Source of the DNA: Myxococcota bacterium
GTDB lineage: Bacteria; Myxococcota_A; Polyangia; Nannocystales; Nannocystaceae
Assembly: GCA_039028615.1 (NCBI GenBank)
Contig: JBCCHT010000031.1
Span: 64,001 to 128,000 of the forward strand
Direction of reading: 5' to 3'
DNA: 64,000 bases
The translations under genes were made by a program, and so were the position numbers. This document shows positions 1 through 10,130 of the stretch, piece by piece (the stretch's first letter is position 1; each line of letters starts with the position of its first letter). The notes under the pieces were generated by a model. That model was not told the DNA's origin and made no database searches. It saw only the letters and a program-made list of their open reading frames with translations.

Positions 1-150
1 CCCGCGACGCTGCAAGACCTGGGTACGCGCTGGGGGGTCTCCCGCGAGCGGGCGCGCCAGCTCGAGAAGCGGCTGGTCCTGCGGTTGCGCGAGTACCTGA
101 CCTCGCAGCTCGGCGACGCGGTCCAGATCGCGCTCGGCCACGACGTCTGA
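1..150 (+). CDS. RNA polymerase sigma-70 family factor, RpoH/sigma-32-like, C-terminal fragment (5' truncated by window edge)
   Basis: Frame 1 translates to [33 protein letters not shown]..., a region 4.2 HTH (TLxxLG...GVSRERxRQLE); stop TGA at 148-150. Confidence 0.85.
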   Translation, partial: PATLQDLGTRWGVSRERARQLEKRLVLRLREYLTSQLGDAVQIALGHDV

Positions 151-176
151 GCCGCGAGCGGGCGGGCTTCGAAACG

Positions 177-218
177 AAGAGAACCGAGGCGTCGCAGGCG
201 ACGGCTCGGTTCTCTTTT
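177..218. terminator. Probable bidirectional intrinsic terminator
   Basis: AAGAGAACCGAG (177-188) pairs with CTCGGTTCTCTT (205-216), with an inner CGTCGC/GCGACG stem; short T run after it; lies between convergent genes. Confidence 0.8.
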
Positions 219-237
219 GGCTGCGGGCGGTGACCGA

Positions 238-1698
238 CTAGAAGGTCAGCAGCACCCGGATGTAGCCGTGCAGGTCGGTCACGTCGTCGACGACGAAGCG
301 ACGACCCACGTTGTCGACCACGTCGCGGCGCAGCGGGTTGACCTCGACGGTGCCCTCGTCGACGCGCTGGGGATCGGTGCCCGCCGCCGAGCTGGCGCTC
401 GCGTCACCGCGGTTGGCGAAGGTGACGAAGTGACGGGTGTCGGTCGAGAACTTGGCGCCCAGGTTGATCCGAGCGTTCTTGCCCAGATGCAGGTTGAGGC
501 CGGTGTCGAAGCCGAAGGTGCCGTAGTCCTGGAGGTCGGTGACGCCGCTGAAGGCCGCGCACGAGCTGCCGCCCGCGCCGACGTAGCCGGAGTCCCCGGG
601 GTTGTCGGCGGCGAAGGCCAGGGCCGCGTCACGGTCACACTGATCGGACTGGGTGGGATCTTCGGAGCCGACCAGCGAGGGGCTGTCGGCCAGAAGCTCC
701 CAGATCTCGCTGTAGCCGCGGCCGCCGTAGTGAAGGATGGCGCTACCGGAGAGGTAGACGGCGACCTTCATGCTCTTGGCCTTGCGCTCCCACGGCACGA
801 TCTCGGTACCGAAGGTCATGCCCGCCGTGGACTGGGGCAGCACGTCGCCCTGCGCGCCCAGGTTGGACAGGTTCTGGAACTGGCTGCCCGAGGCCACGAC
901 CGACTGACGCCAGTACGCGGTGAAGAACGGGTCGAGGAAGCGATAGCGACGCGACAGCGCGGTCCAGGCCCCGAGCTCGTGCACCCGACGGCCGACCCGC
1001 GAGTTGCCCTGGGGCGAGTTGTTGATGATGTCGCGGCTGAAGGTCATCGCCCGGCCCACGGCGAAGCGGCCTTCGAGACCGATCAGCCAGTTGGGCATGT
1101 GCGAGCGGGTTCGTTGGCTCAAGATGCCGTACTTGAGGCCGACGTGAAGCTGGTCGAGACCGCGTCGCACCGGACCGCGGAAGATGAGCTCGGTGGTGGA
1201 CCCGGTGAACTGGCCGAAGGGGTTGGCCGAGTTGGTCGCGTCGAAGCCCGAATCCGGGATGATCTGGTCCCGAATCGTGGTGCTGTTGTCCTTGTCGACG
1301 CAGTTGGCCGCCGCTTGGTCGCCGAACACACAGTCGTCGGGGCGCTGGTCGAAGGAGTAGTCGCGGGTGTCGCTGAGGATGACCGGCAGCGTCACGTAGA
1401 CGGCCAGGTCGTGCCACAGGCCGATCTCCATGGTCGGATACAGCGTGTGGCGCTGCTGTCGGTACAGCAGGTCCTTGACCAAGCGATTCGAGTCGTCGCC
1501 CGGCCCGGCGTTCCACTCGCGCAGAATGGCGGCCCGCTTGAAGTTGTAGTCGTAGGCGACCCCGAAGTGGATGTCGAAGGGGTTGTCGTCCTCGAAGGAG
1601 GAGGCAACCCGCGTGACCTCCGCTGCCTGAGCGTTCTGGCTCAGGCCGGCAGTGGCGACCAGTCCGAGCAGGGGGAGGAAGCGCAAGAGATTCCGCAT
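238..1698 (-). CDS. Secreted protein, probable outer-membrane beta-barrel
   Basis: Start re-chosen at MRNLLRF (ATG 1698), which gives a signal peptide ending AQA-AE. Alternating hydrophobic strands and a C-terminal Phe (YIRVLLTF), typical of BAM substrates; paired Cys in loops. Confidence 0.65.
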   Translation of the reverse strand: MRNLLRFLPLLGLVATAGLSQNAQAAEVTRVASSFEDDNPFDIHFGVAYDYNFKRAAILREWNAGPGDDSNRLVKDLLYRQQRHTLYPTMEIGLWHDLAVYVTLPVILSDTRDYSFDQRPDDCVFGDQAAANCVDKDNSTTIRDQIIPDSGFDATNSANPFGQFTGSTTELIFRGPVRRGLDQLHVGLKYGILSQRTRSHMPNWLIGLEGRFAVGRAMTFSRDIINNSPQGNSRVGRRVHELGAWTALSRRYRFLDPFFTAYWRQSVVASGSQFQNLSNLGAQGDVLPQSTAGMTFGTEIVPWERKAKSMKVAVYLSGSAILHYGGRGYSEIWELLADSPSLVGSEDPTQSDQCDRDAALAFAADNPGDSGYVGAGGSSCAAFSGVTDLQDYGTFGFDTGLNLHLGKNARINLGAKFSTDTRHFVTFANRGDASASSAAGTDPQRVDEGTVEVNPLRRDVVDNVGRRFVVDDVTDLHGYIRVLLTF

Positions 1699-1981
1699 GC
1701 GGTTGACCTTCGGCGGCCCGCGGCACGCTACCAGCGCACGGTCGGTTCCGTCAATATTTCCCGTAGGATGGCCTCGTGGCGGCCGATGGAGGCGTTCCGC
1801 CGCCAAGAGCGCCCTTCGGCGGCCGAGAAGGACACGTGGGCTGAACCGCCCCAGCTGCGTTGCTTGCGCTAGCGATGGCCCCCAGGACGGAAAGTCCCCG
1901 CGTCACGGACACAAAACGCCGCGATGCGGGGACATGGAGGGGCCGATCTCCGGCCGAGCGAGGGCTGGCCGGCCTCGCGGC

Positions 1982-3523
1982 TCACGCCGTCGTCGGGGGA
2001 GCACCTTTGGTGGTGCTCTCCTCGGACGCGCTGCGCAGGCCCAGCTCCTTCATCTTGGACTGGAGGCTGCGGCGGCTGATCCCCAGCATCTTGGCCGATC
2101 GGGTGACGTTGTTGTCGGTGCGGGCCAGGGCCTCGGTGATGAGCTCGGTCTCCACCAGGCGCGAACCCTGCTTCACCGCTTCCTTGAGGTCGAGGTCGAG
2201 GGAGGACAGCGGGAGGCGGAGCAGCCGCTCGCCGTCGTCGAGCCGGCCCGAGCCGGAGTCGGAGGGATCGAGCGGGGCACCCGCGTCGCCCTCGGCTCCG
2301 GTCCCGTCGGCGCCGCGCCCCGAGGCGTCGGGCTCGAGGAAGGTGTCGGGCAGCGCGTCGCGCTCGATGGTGGGGCCCGACGCGAACAACACCATCCGCT
2401 CGACGAGGTTCTCGAGCTCGCGAATGTTGCCTGGCCACGGGTACTGCGAGAGCGTCTCGAGGGCCTCGGGGCTGAAGCCGGTGACCTGCTTGTCGAGTCG
2501 ATCGTTGCAGCGTCCGACGAAGTGCTCGATGAGCGCGGGCAGGTCCTCGATGCGATCGCGCAGCGAGGGCAGGTCGATGGGCACCACCGCGAGCCGGTAG
2601 TAGAGGTCTTCGCGGAAGCGGCCCGACTTGATGTCCGCCTCGAGGTTGCGGTTGCTCGCCGCGATGAGGCGAACGTCGACGCGGTTGGTCTTGGTTCCGC
2701 CGACGCGCTCGAACTCCGACTCTTGGATCGCGCGCAGCAGCTTGACCTGGATCTCCAGCGGAATCTCGCTGACCTCGTCGAGGAACAAGGTGCCGCCGTC
2801 GGCCAGCTCGAAGCGACCTTGGCGGCTCGAGACGGCGCCCGTGAACGCTCCGCGCTCGTGGCCGAAAAGCTCGCTCTCCGTCAGATCCTTGGGGATTGCG
2901 GCGCAATTGACCCGAATGAAGGGGGCCTCGCGACGGGGGGAGCCCAGGTGCAGCGCCCGGGCCACGAGCTCCTTGCCCGTCCCGCTCTCGCCTGCGATGA
3001 GCACGGTGGTGGGGCTGGCCGCGGCGGTGCGGACGATCTCGCGGACCCGCAGCATCTGCGGCGAGCTCCCGATCATGCCGACTTCTTCGCTCGGGTCCGA
3101 AGGCGTGGGCTCGGGCGTGACCTTGCCGACCGAGGCACCCGAGCGCGCTCGCGTGGCCAGGGCCTTGGCGAGCACGCGCTTGACCTGCTCGATCTCGAAG
3201 GGCTTCTCGAGATAGTCGAACGCACCAGCCTTCACCGCCTCGACCGCGGAGTCGACCGAGCCGTGGGCGGTCAGCAAGATGACCGGCAATTGCGGATCCT
3301 CTTGAGATAGCGCGCGCAACAATTCCATGCCGTCCATGCGCGGCATTCGAATGTCCGAGATCACGGCGTCGAAGGTGCCCGAGGGGCTCATTCGGATCCG
3401 GCCGAGGCCGGCCTCGCCATCGGGCTCGGCATGGACCTCGAACCCGGCCTGCTTGAGCAGTGCCCCGAGGACCTTGCGGATGTTGACCTCGTCGTCGACC
3501 AGGAGGATTCGTGCGGAGGGCAT
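1982..3523 (-). CDS. Sigma-54-dependent response regulator (NtrC family: REC-AAA+-Fis HTH)
   Basis: REC (LLVDDE, SDIRMP), Walker [15 protein letters not shown] loop, [17 protein letters not shown]-terminal HTH ([20 protein letters not shown]). Confidence 0.95.
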   Translation of the reverse strand: MPSARILLVDDEVNIRKVLGALLKQAGFEVHAEPDGEAGLGRIRMSPSGTFDAVISDIRMPRMDGMELLRALSQEDPQLPVILLTAHGSVDSAVEAVKAGAFDYLEKPFEIEQVKRVLAKALATRARSGASVGKVTPEPTPSDPSEEVGMIGSSPQMLRVREIVRTAAASPTTVLIAGESGTGKELVARALHLGSPRREAPFIRVNCAAIPKDLTESELFGHERGAFTGAVSSRQGRFELADGGTLFLDEVSEIPLEIQVKLLRAIQESEFERVGGTKTNRVDVRLIAASNRNLEADIKSGRFREDLYYRLAVVPIDLPSLRDRIEDLPALIEHFVGRCNDRLDKQVTGFSPEALETLSQYPWPGNIRELENLVERMVLFASGPTIERDALPDTFLEPDASGRGADGTGAEGDAGAPLDPSDSGSGRLDDGERLLRLPLSSLDLDLKEAVKQGSRLVETELITEALARTDNNVTRSAKMLGISRRSLQSKMKELGLRSASEESTTKGAPPTTA

Positions 3524-3531
3524 GAAGGCCG

Positions 3532-5706
3532 CTACGGTAGCGCAACCGGAGCGTCGGCAGGAGTCTCGGTGCCCGACTCTTCTTCGGGGGTCGGCTTCGA
3601 CGCGGATTTGGCCACCACGGGGATGCTGGTGCTCGACGCGTCCGGCTCGTCCAGCGGCAGCAGGACCGTGAACCGGGCCCCGTCATCCGCGCTCCGGCCG
3701 ACCTCGATGGCGCCGTGGTGGTTCTGCACGATACGCTGACTGATCGGTAGGCCGAGCCCCGTCCCCCCGCTCTTGGTCGTGTGGAAGGGGACGAAGATGT
3801 TGGTCATCGTCTGCTGAGACAGCCCGGGCCCGTTGTCACACACGTCCAGCGCTACGGCGTCGGCGCGCAGCAAGCCGCGGCGGCGAATCGACATGGAGAT
3901 CTCGATGGCGCCCTCGTCGTGGCCGCTGATGGCATCCAGGGCGTTGAGCACCAGGTTGAGCATCACCTGTCGCAGGGCGTCCTCGTCGCCCCGGATCATC
4001 GGGGCGGGGTCCGGCGATTCCCCTACGGTGATCGCCGCGCGCTGCTCCTCGGGGACCAGCCGGAGCGTCGCCGTGATCACGTCGCGGAGATCGACGGCCG
4101 CCATCTCCCCCTTGAACGGCCGCGAGTAGGTCAGGAACTGGCTGACCACGCGGTTGAGGCGGTCGACCTCCTCGAGAATGATGTCGAGGAACTCACGCGT
4201 CTGCTCATCCATGGCCTCCGCGCTGGGGCGCAGGACCTGGACCGCGCCCTTCATCGCGCCGAGCGGGTTGCGAATCTCGTGGGCCAGGCCGGCGGCCATC
4301 TCACCCAGGGCGGCCAGGCGCTCACGCTCCTTGCGGGCCTCGTAGACCGCCGAGTTCTGCACGGTGATGGCGGCCTGGGCCACCACGCCCTCGAACAGCT
4401 CGACCTCTTCGCGGGCGAAGGGCTCCACCAGGCGCTGGTCGTCGACGAACAGCGCGCCCAGCAGATCGGGGTCGTCGTCGGGCAGGCCCGGTCCCAGGAT
4501 CGGCAGGGCCAGGCTGGCCTCGAGCGTGGCCAGGGTCTCGAGCACGTCCTGGGCCTCGGCGCGCTCTTCCGGTCCCGCCCGCTCTTGCTCGCGCTCCAGC
4601 ACGTCGCGCAGCACGGTGCCCTGGGTCTGCATGCGCTCGAGCACGGGGCGGCGGGTGGCGAGGTCGAGCCGGGCCAGAGGGGCGGACGCGTCTTCGTCGG
4701 CGTGGGTCCAGCGCTGCAGCACCAGCGCCGTGCCCTCGCGATTGAGCAGATAGAGGCTGGCCCGGGTCAGTCGCCCCGAGGACTCGAGCGCCTCGATGAC
4801 CAGCCGGGCCATCTCCTGCACGTCGATGACGTTGAGCAGCCGCTGTCGCAGGCGCACCAGGATGCGGCGCAGCACGGGCCGGTCGTGGAACAGCCAGCCC
4901 TCGATCCGGTAGTCGATCTCGCGGCGGATGGGGTCGAGCAGGATCACCACCGCGAACGAGGCCACCGCCGCGTTGAACATGAACAGCGACAGGTCCTCGT
5001 CGATCCAGAACAGCAGGGCCGCATAGAGGATGGTGACCACCAGCACCAGGACGGTGAGGCTGAAGATCCGGGTCGCGATCTCGGGCAGGTCGAGCAATCG
5101 CTCCCGCCGCAGGGTCTGCTCCACAAAATATAGATAGACCGCGGTCACGATGGGGCCGAAGCCCGCCACCGGGAACACACCCAAGATCAGCGCCGCGATG
5201 CTGGCATAAAAGAGGTAGCGCAGCCGTGGGGCGAGGGCGGTCTGCTTGGCGGATCGCGAGGCCCACCACAGCCGCATGCTCGAAAACCACAGGCCGCCCA
5301 CCACGTAGACCGCCAGCGAGATCGGCACCACGTCCCACCACAGGTACTCGGTGACCGGCGGGTAGACGAGCGACACCGTCTGCGCCAAGACCAGGAAGAA
5401 GCCCAGCGTCGTGCGCAGGCCGCTGCCCGGCTGCCAGCGTCGGTTGCCCGAGTAGGGCACGAAGCTCACCAGCAGGCGGTCGGCCGACCACGGCAGCAGC
5501 AGGGCCACCGTCTGGCCGAACCACTTGAAGAACTCGACCTCCACGAACCCGTAGAAGAACCGGGCCAGGTGGTAAAAGCCGAGGTTGAAGCAGAACACCG
5601 CGAAGCGGACGTTCTGGCTGCGCCTGCGGTCGCGCAGCACCGCGCTCGTGCCGATGGCGAAGGCGACGGTCGCGGCCAATAGGGAGCTGAGACTCTCGCT
5701 ACCCAC
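3532..5706 (-). CDS. Membrane sensor histidine kinase (multi-TM, GAF-like, HisKA, HATPase)
   Basis: Several TM segments; H-box LAHEIRNPL, N-box NLVLNALDA, DNGPG, GGTGLGL; co-oriented with the NtrC regulator. Confidence 0.93.
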   Translation of the reverse strand: MGSESLSSLLAATVAFAIGTSAVLRDRRRSQNVRFAVFCFNLGFYHLARFFYGFVEVEFFKWFGQTVALLLPWSADRLLVSFVPYSGNRRWQPGSGLRTTLGFFLVLAQTVSLVYPPVTEYLWWDVVPISLAVYVVGGLWFSSMRLWWASRSAKQTALAPRLRYLFYASIAALILGVFPVAGFGPIVTAVYLYFVEQTLRRERLLDLPEIATRIFSLTVLVLVVTILYAALLFWIDEDLSLFMFNAAVASFAVVILLDPIRREIDYRIEGWLFHDRPVLRRILVRLRQRLLNVIDVQEMARLVIEALESSGRLTRASLYLLNREGTALVLQRWTHADEDASAPLARLDLATRRPVLERMQTQGTVLRDVLEREQERAGPEERAEAQDVLETLATLEASLALPILGPGLPDDDPDLLGALFVDDQRLVEPFAREEVELFEGVVAQAAITVQNSAVYEARKERERLAALGEMAAGLAHEIRNPLGAMKGAVQVLRPSAEAMDEQTREFLDIILEEVDRLNRVVSQFLTYSRPFKGEMAAVDLRDVITATLRLVPEEQRAAITVGESPDPAPMIRGDEDALRQVMLNLVLNALDAISGHDEGAIEISMSIRRRGLLRADAVALDVCDNGPGLSQQTMTNIFVPFHTTKSGGTGLGLPISQRIVQNHHGAIEVGRSADDGARFTVLLPLDEPDASSTSIPVVAKSASKPTPEEESGTETPADAPVALP

Positions 5707-5853
5707 GTTCGTCGGCCATCATACGCGGGCCCGTCGCGCCGCGAACCGGGTCTGTGCGTGCGCATCGGATGTGGCCGCAAACGTGCTCCTGCCCCGAGTT
5801 TTCGCGGGGACGGGGCGCGGGGGCGAAGGGGGATGCACGGTGGGCGCGGCGGC

Positions 5854-8800
5854 TCAGCCCCGGCTCCAGAACATCGAGTAGCGGCCGACCTTCGCCGCCC
5901 AGTCACACCAGGGGTCGATCGAGGCGGGGAGTTCGGGCTCGAGGCGTTGAAGGAGGTGGAGCAGGCGCTCGCGCTCGCGGGGAAGCGTCGCGCCGTGCAA
6001 GGGATCGCCGTCGGTCGATTGCGACGCGGCGGTGGGGTCGAGCAGGGCCACCGCTTCGGCCCATGTGGTTGGGGAGGGGCCCTTGGGCAAGTGGGCGTGG
6101 GCGAGGATCTGGAGGAAGCGGGCGCCGAGGCGGGGGAAGCCGACGTTGATCGCCAGCAGGACCGCGACCGCTCGATGTTCGCCGTTGCGATCGTCGAGGC
6201 GGAATGCCGCGTAGCGCTCGTCGGCGACCTCGCTGCGGAGTAGGCGATAGATGTTGATGAAGCGCTTGATGACCCGCGGGGTATTGAGGAAGGGGCGCAG
6301 GTGCGTGGTCATGAAGCGGCGCTCCCAAGGGTCGACGACGAAGCGGGTCAGCTTGGTCGGGGCGCGCCGGGTCTCGGGGGCTGGGGTCGCGACGAGGGCG
6401 TCGATGTCCACGCGGGCGTTGGAGTTCGCGTGGGCTCCCGCGGCGGCGAAGGCGGTGGAGGAGACCACGCCGCGGGTGGGCTCGGGCTCGGGTTCTTCGG
6501 GCTCGGGCTGTTCTTCGGTCTCGGCTTCTGTCTCTTCTTCGGGTTCGGGCTCAGGCTGCTCTTCCGCGGGGGCCGTCTCTTCTCCTGTGGGGGCCGTCTC
6601 GTCTGCCTCGGCCTCCGGTTCGGGCTCGGGCGTTTCGTGGCCGTGCCCCGCGTTCGAGCGTTCGGACTCGTCGGCGGGAGGGCTCGCCAGCTCACCGGGT
6701 ACCTTGATGTGGGCCTCGACGAGCTCGGCGAATCCTTCGTCCTCGATGCGCGGCAGGGTGAACGGGATCTGGAAGATCTTCTGCAGGTAGTCCTCGGCCG
6801 TCGCGGCGCCTTCGCCATCCGACGGAGCTTCGAGCAGGTGCTCGTAGCCTTGCTCGAGTGAGCGCGACAGCCAGCGCGCGTCGACCCCCACGACGACCAC
6901 GAACAGATCGTCGATCGCGAGCAGCAGGTGCACCGCCTGCAGGACCTCGACCACGCGATCGGCCGGGCAGCGGTCGAGGTCGTCGATATAGAGCACGATG
7001 CGATCGACCGACTCGTCGGGGTGGTCGTCTCGCCAGCCCTGAAGGGCCGCTTTGAGTTCGCTGAGGTCGCGACGCACCAGCGAGATGACGCCCTCGGACT
7101 GGCGGTAGAGGCTGTCTTCGGAGGTCTTTTCTTCGAGCAGATCGTAGACGACGCGGTCGGCCCTCAGCTCCTCGAGCTGTTCCTTCTTCTCGAGCAGTTG
7201 CTGTTCGAACAGGTCGCGGGCGATTTCTGCTTCCGCGACCTTCTCTTCGGCCTTCTCGTAGCGCTCGATCGCCGACTTCTGTTCGTCGGTGAGTTCTTCG
7301 AGGATCTCGTTGCGGAGCTCTGCGCCCTCCTTGCGGATCCCATCCAGGTACTGGACCACCGAAGAAACCCGCTTCAGACCGGCTCGCGATTTACCCACGA
7401 CGGCGGTGAAGAGCACGATGAACTGGGACATCACCGTGCCGACGGCGGAGATGTCGAACTCCTGTTCCAGCAGCCAGGGCAGGCCGACCACGGCGCCCAG
7501 CAGGAAGAAACCGATGATCCACTCGCCCCAGCTGTCGGGGGCCAGGGAGGCGACCAGCGAGCGGGTGGTGCCGACGGTGGTGTTCAGCTCTTCGCGCAGG
7601 CGCTTGGCGTCTTCGGGGGCGGCCAGCAGCGCGCCGAGCTGGTCCTCTTCGAGGTTGAGTTGTTTGAGGCCCTTTTCGATGAAGTCGCGCTTCAGCCCGA
7701 GTCGTTCGGCCGCGGCCTCCCAGACCTTCTTGTTGGTGAGTACGCCGCGGAGAGTATTCAGCTCGTCGCGGCGCGCTTGTTCGAGGCGCTCGATTTCCTT
7801 GCCTGCGTCCTCGAATTCCTTTTCTGCGGCTTTGAACTCCGCTTCGACCTTCTTGCGTTCTTCCTTGGACTCGCGCAGCTCCGCTCGTAGTCGCCTTCGG
7901 ATTTCCGCGGGGTCGTTGTTCACCCCCACGTTCAGGCTCTCGGCCAGGCCCTCGAAGATCCGCCCCGCGAGGCTGATCCACAGGGTGGTGTCCATGTAGT
8001 GCCAGGCGTTGAACTCGATCTGGCACACGCGGAGGCGGTCGGCGCCCGTGCGCTTTTGTTCTTCGGCGCGGATGGCCTCCTGCACGAGGCCCATGAAGTG
8101 GGACTTGCCCGCGCCCCAGTCACCGAACAGGCCGATGGCGAAGGGGGCCTTCATCTGGTCGGACGCGATGCCGCGGGCGAAGCGTTCCGCCTGGGCTTTG
8201 CGGTCGAGGTGGTCGTCGCCCGTCGCGGTGTCGGTCAGCCAGAGGCTGGTGTCGGTGGAAGGGCGGCGGCCGTCCACCGCGTCGAGGACTTGGCGGAGGA
8301 CGGTGATGTGGGCTTCGAGGTCGCCGGGGCGCAGGGCGTCGTAGTCGGCCTTGACGACGCCGGGCAGGGGGCGCTCGTGCCATTGCTCGCCGATCTCGGC
8401 GAAGAGGTCGGCGGTGGGGCCCTCGGGGGAGGATGGGAGGGCGATGATGGGCTTGAGTCGGCGTCGGGTCTCGCTCGCGAGTAGGTCCATCGGTTGGGCG
8501 TCGAGCACGACGACGGCGGCGGCTCGGTCGGCGTAGTCGATGCGCCAGTCTCGGGATTGCTGGGGGACGACGGGGGCGCGTTGGAGGAAGGGGGTGATCG
8601 TTTGGCCGTCGTGGACGATGACGATGTGGGGGTAGCGGCCGTTGTCGATCGAGTGCTGGACGAAGGCCTTGGCGGCGAACTCGTCTGCGCCTGCGCAGCC
8701 GCCGAGGATGAGGCCTACGGGGGACTCGGTTTCGGCGAGGGCTTTGCCTACGGCTTCGGCCCACTGTTGGGTGGTTTCGTCGGCGGCGGTGGTTCCGACG

Positions 8801-9864
8801 ACGGCGACGAAGCGGGGTGGTGGTGTCGGAGCGCGGGCCGTGGGGATGCCCGAGAGGATGCGGTGGTCCGACAGCAGCACCTGCGACGACACGACACGCT
8901 GCTGCCCATTGGGTCCGGGAGTCACGAGGCCTACGATCTCGCCTTGGACGAGTACGGGGCTTCCAATGGGGATGGATTCGCGGCCCGACTTCCCAGAGCC
9001 GCGCTCGAACTCGAGGAAAGACCCCGTGGCGCTCGTAAGCAGCGTCCAGCGCGATCGCCTTGGGCCCGGCAACGTGGCGATTCGGGATTCCACGGGCTCG
9101 AGCCGTTGCGTCGCAAAAGGCGGGCGGTCGGCGTCGGTTCTCTCGGCCAGCACGAGCGTCGCGTAGCCGTAGCCGTCGTCGGTGAGTCCAACCGAGGCCC
9201 GAATGCTCGTACCGTCGGGAAACATCAAGGCGGTTTCCGTGAGGTCCTGGACCGCCGCGGCGGAGGTGAGTGCCAACTCCGGGCCGACGATGAACGCAAG
9301 TGCGTCCTGCCCCTGAAGTTCGACCACGAACTCGTACTTGGACGTTTCGAGCGATGGCGGGGCCGAGCCCTTCGTTGCGGCTCGCTGGGTGTTCTCGAAC
9401 AGTCCCCACTCCTCCAGCGAGTCGACCACTCCACCGTCTTCCTGACTGTCGACCCACTCCACCCAGCGGAGTATTCCGAACTCCCGAACTGTTGCGCGCA
9501 AGGATTCGAGGGCAGGTCCAAGCAAGATCGGAACGAGTCGATCCGAGCTGCTCGGTCTTCCCGACGAGTTCAGTGCGTCGAGGACTTCAAGAAGGGCGTG
9601 CGGGCGTTTGCCCGCTGGTGCATCAACCAGTACGAGAACCGTCTCGCTGGAGTCGAGATACTGGTGAACAATCCGAGGTTTGGCCCCCGGAACATAGTCG
9701 TCGATGAACGTGGACCTATCCCGAGAATGGAGTGCGCTCTGCAGCGCTTCCGCTCGCTCCCGTTGCTTGTATGGAAACAAGACATAGAAGTCGATGTCGA
9801 ACTTTAGCGTGGCGGGCTGCACGGGGCCTCGGTCGCGGGGCAGAGGACGGCGTCGCGGGGGCAC
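5854..9864 (-). CDS. KAP-family P-loop NTPase with N-terminal TIR-like, inactive trypsin-like and SLOG-like domains
   Basis: KAP motifs DDHLDR, AIGLFGDWGAGKS (Walker A), FNAWHY, VLYIDDLDRC (Walker B), YLQKIFQIPF, TPRVIKRFINIY; two TM helices and coiled coils inserted in the NTPase; N-terminal domains as described in findings. Confidence 0.85.
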   Translation of the reverse strand: MPPRRRPLPRDRGPVQPATLKFDIDFYVLFPYKQRERAEALQSALHSRDRSTFIDDYVPGAKPRIVHQYLDSSETVLVLVDAPAGKRPHALLEVLDALNSSGRPSSSDRLVPILLGPALESLRATVREFGILRWVEWVDSQEDGGVVDSLEEWGLFENTQRAATKGSAPPSLETSKYEFVVELQGQDALAFIVGPELALTSAAAVQDLTETALMFPDGTSIRASVGLTDDGYGYATLVLAERTDADRPPFATQRLEPVESRIATLPGPRRSRWTLLTSATGSFLEFERGSGKSGRESIPIGSPVLVQGEIVGLVTPGPNGQQRVVSSQVLLSDHRILSGIPTARAPTPPPRFVAVVGTTAADETTQQWAEAVGKALAETESPVGLILGGCAGADEFAAKAFVQHSIDNGRYPHIVIVHDGQTITPFLQRAPVVPQQSRDWRIDYADRAAAVVVLDAQPMDLLASETRRRLKPIIALPSSPEGPTADLFAEIGEQWHERPLPGVVKADYDALRPGDLEAHITVLRQVLDAVDGRRPSTDTSLWLTDTATGDDHLDRKAQAERFARGIASDQMKAPFAIGLFGDWGAGKSHFMGLVQEAIRAEEQKRTGADRLRVCQIEFNAWHYMDTTLWISLAGRIFEGLAESLNVGVNNDPAEIRRRLRAELRESKEERKKVEAEFKAAEKEFEDAGKEIERLEQARRDELNTLRGVLTNKKVWEAAAERLGLKRDFIEKGLKQLNLEEDQLGALLAAPEDAKRLREELNTTVGTTRSLVASLAPDSWGEWIIGFFLLGAVVGLPWLLEQEFDISAVGTVMSQFIVLFTAVVGKSRAGLKRVSSVVQYLDGIRKEGAELRNEILEELTDEQKSAIERYEKAEEKVAEAEIARDLFEQQLLEKKEQLEELRADRVVYDLLEEKTSEDSLYRQSEGVISLVRRDLSELKAALQGWRDDHPDESVDRIVLYIDDLDRCPADRVVEVLQAVHLLLAIDDLFVVVVGVDARWLSRSLEQGYEHLLEAPSDGEGAATAEDYLQKIFQIPFTLPRIEDEGFAELVEAHIKVPGELASPPADESERSNAGHGHETPEPEPEAEADETAPTGEETAPAEEQPEPEPEEETEAETEEQPEPEEPEPEPTRGVVSSTAFAAAGAHANSNARVDIDALVATPAPETRRAPTKLTRFVVDPWERRFMTTHLRPFLNTPRVIKRFINIYRLLRSEVADERYAAFRLDDRNGEHRAVAVLLAINVGFPRLGARFLQILAHAHLPKGPSPTTWAEAVALLDPTAASQSTDGDPLHGATLPRERERLLHLLQRLEPELPASIDPWCDWAAKVGRYSMFWSRG

Positions 9865-10130
9865 GACACCTCAGCCCTACCGTCTCACGTCCACTTCGAG
9901 CTGACCACCGGACTCGACCTCCGTCCCGACACCTCCCGTCGCCATCGAGCCACGACTGCCTTCCACCCAGCCGAAGCCTCCCGGCCGTCGAACCACCGTT
10001 CAGCCCCACCCACCGAACGCCGACCCCACAACCCAGCTCCGAACGTCAGTCCGCCGCACCCCACACCACGTCCCGCGTCCGGGCGGATCCACCCGCCGGA
10101 GGCCGCAGGGCCTTGTGGTATCACCGGGCG

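Noticed and set aside
6480..6640. Glu/Pro-rich repeats inside the KAP gene
   Set aside because: Ordinary low-complexity linker without exact periodicity.
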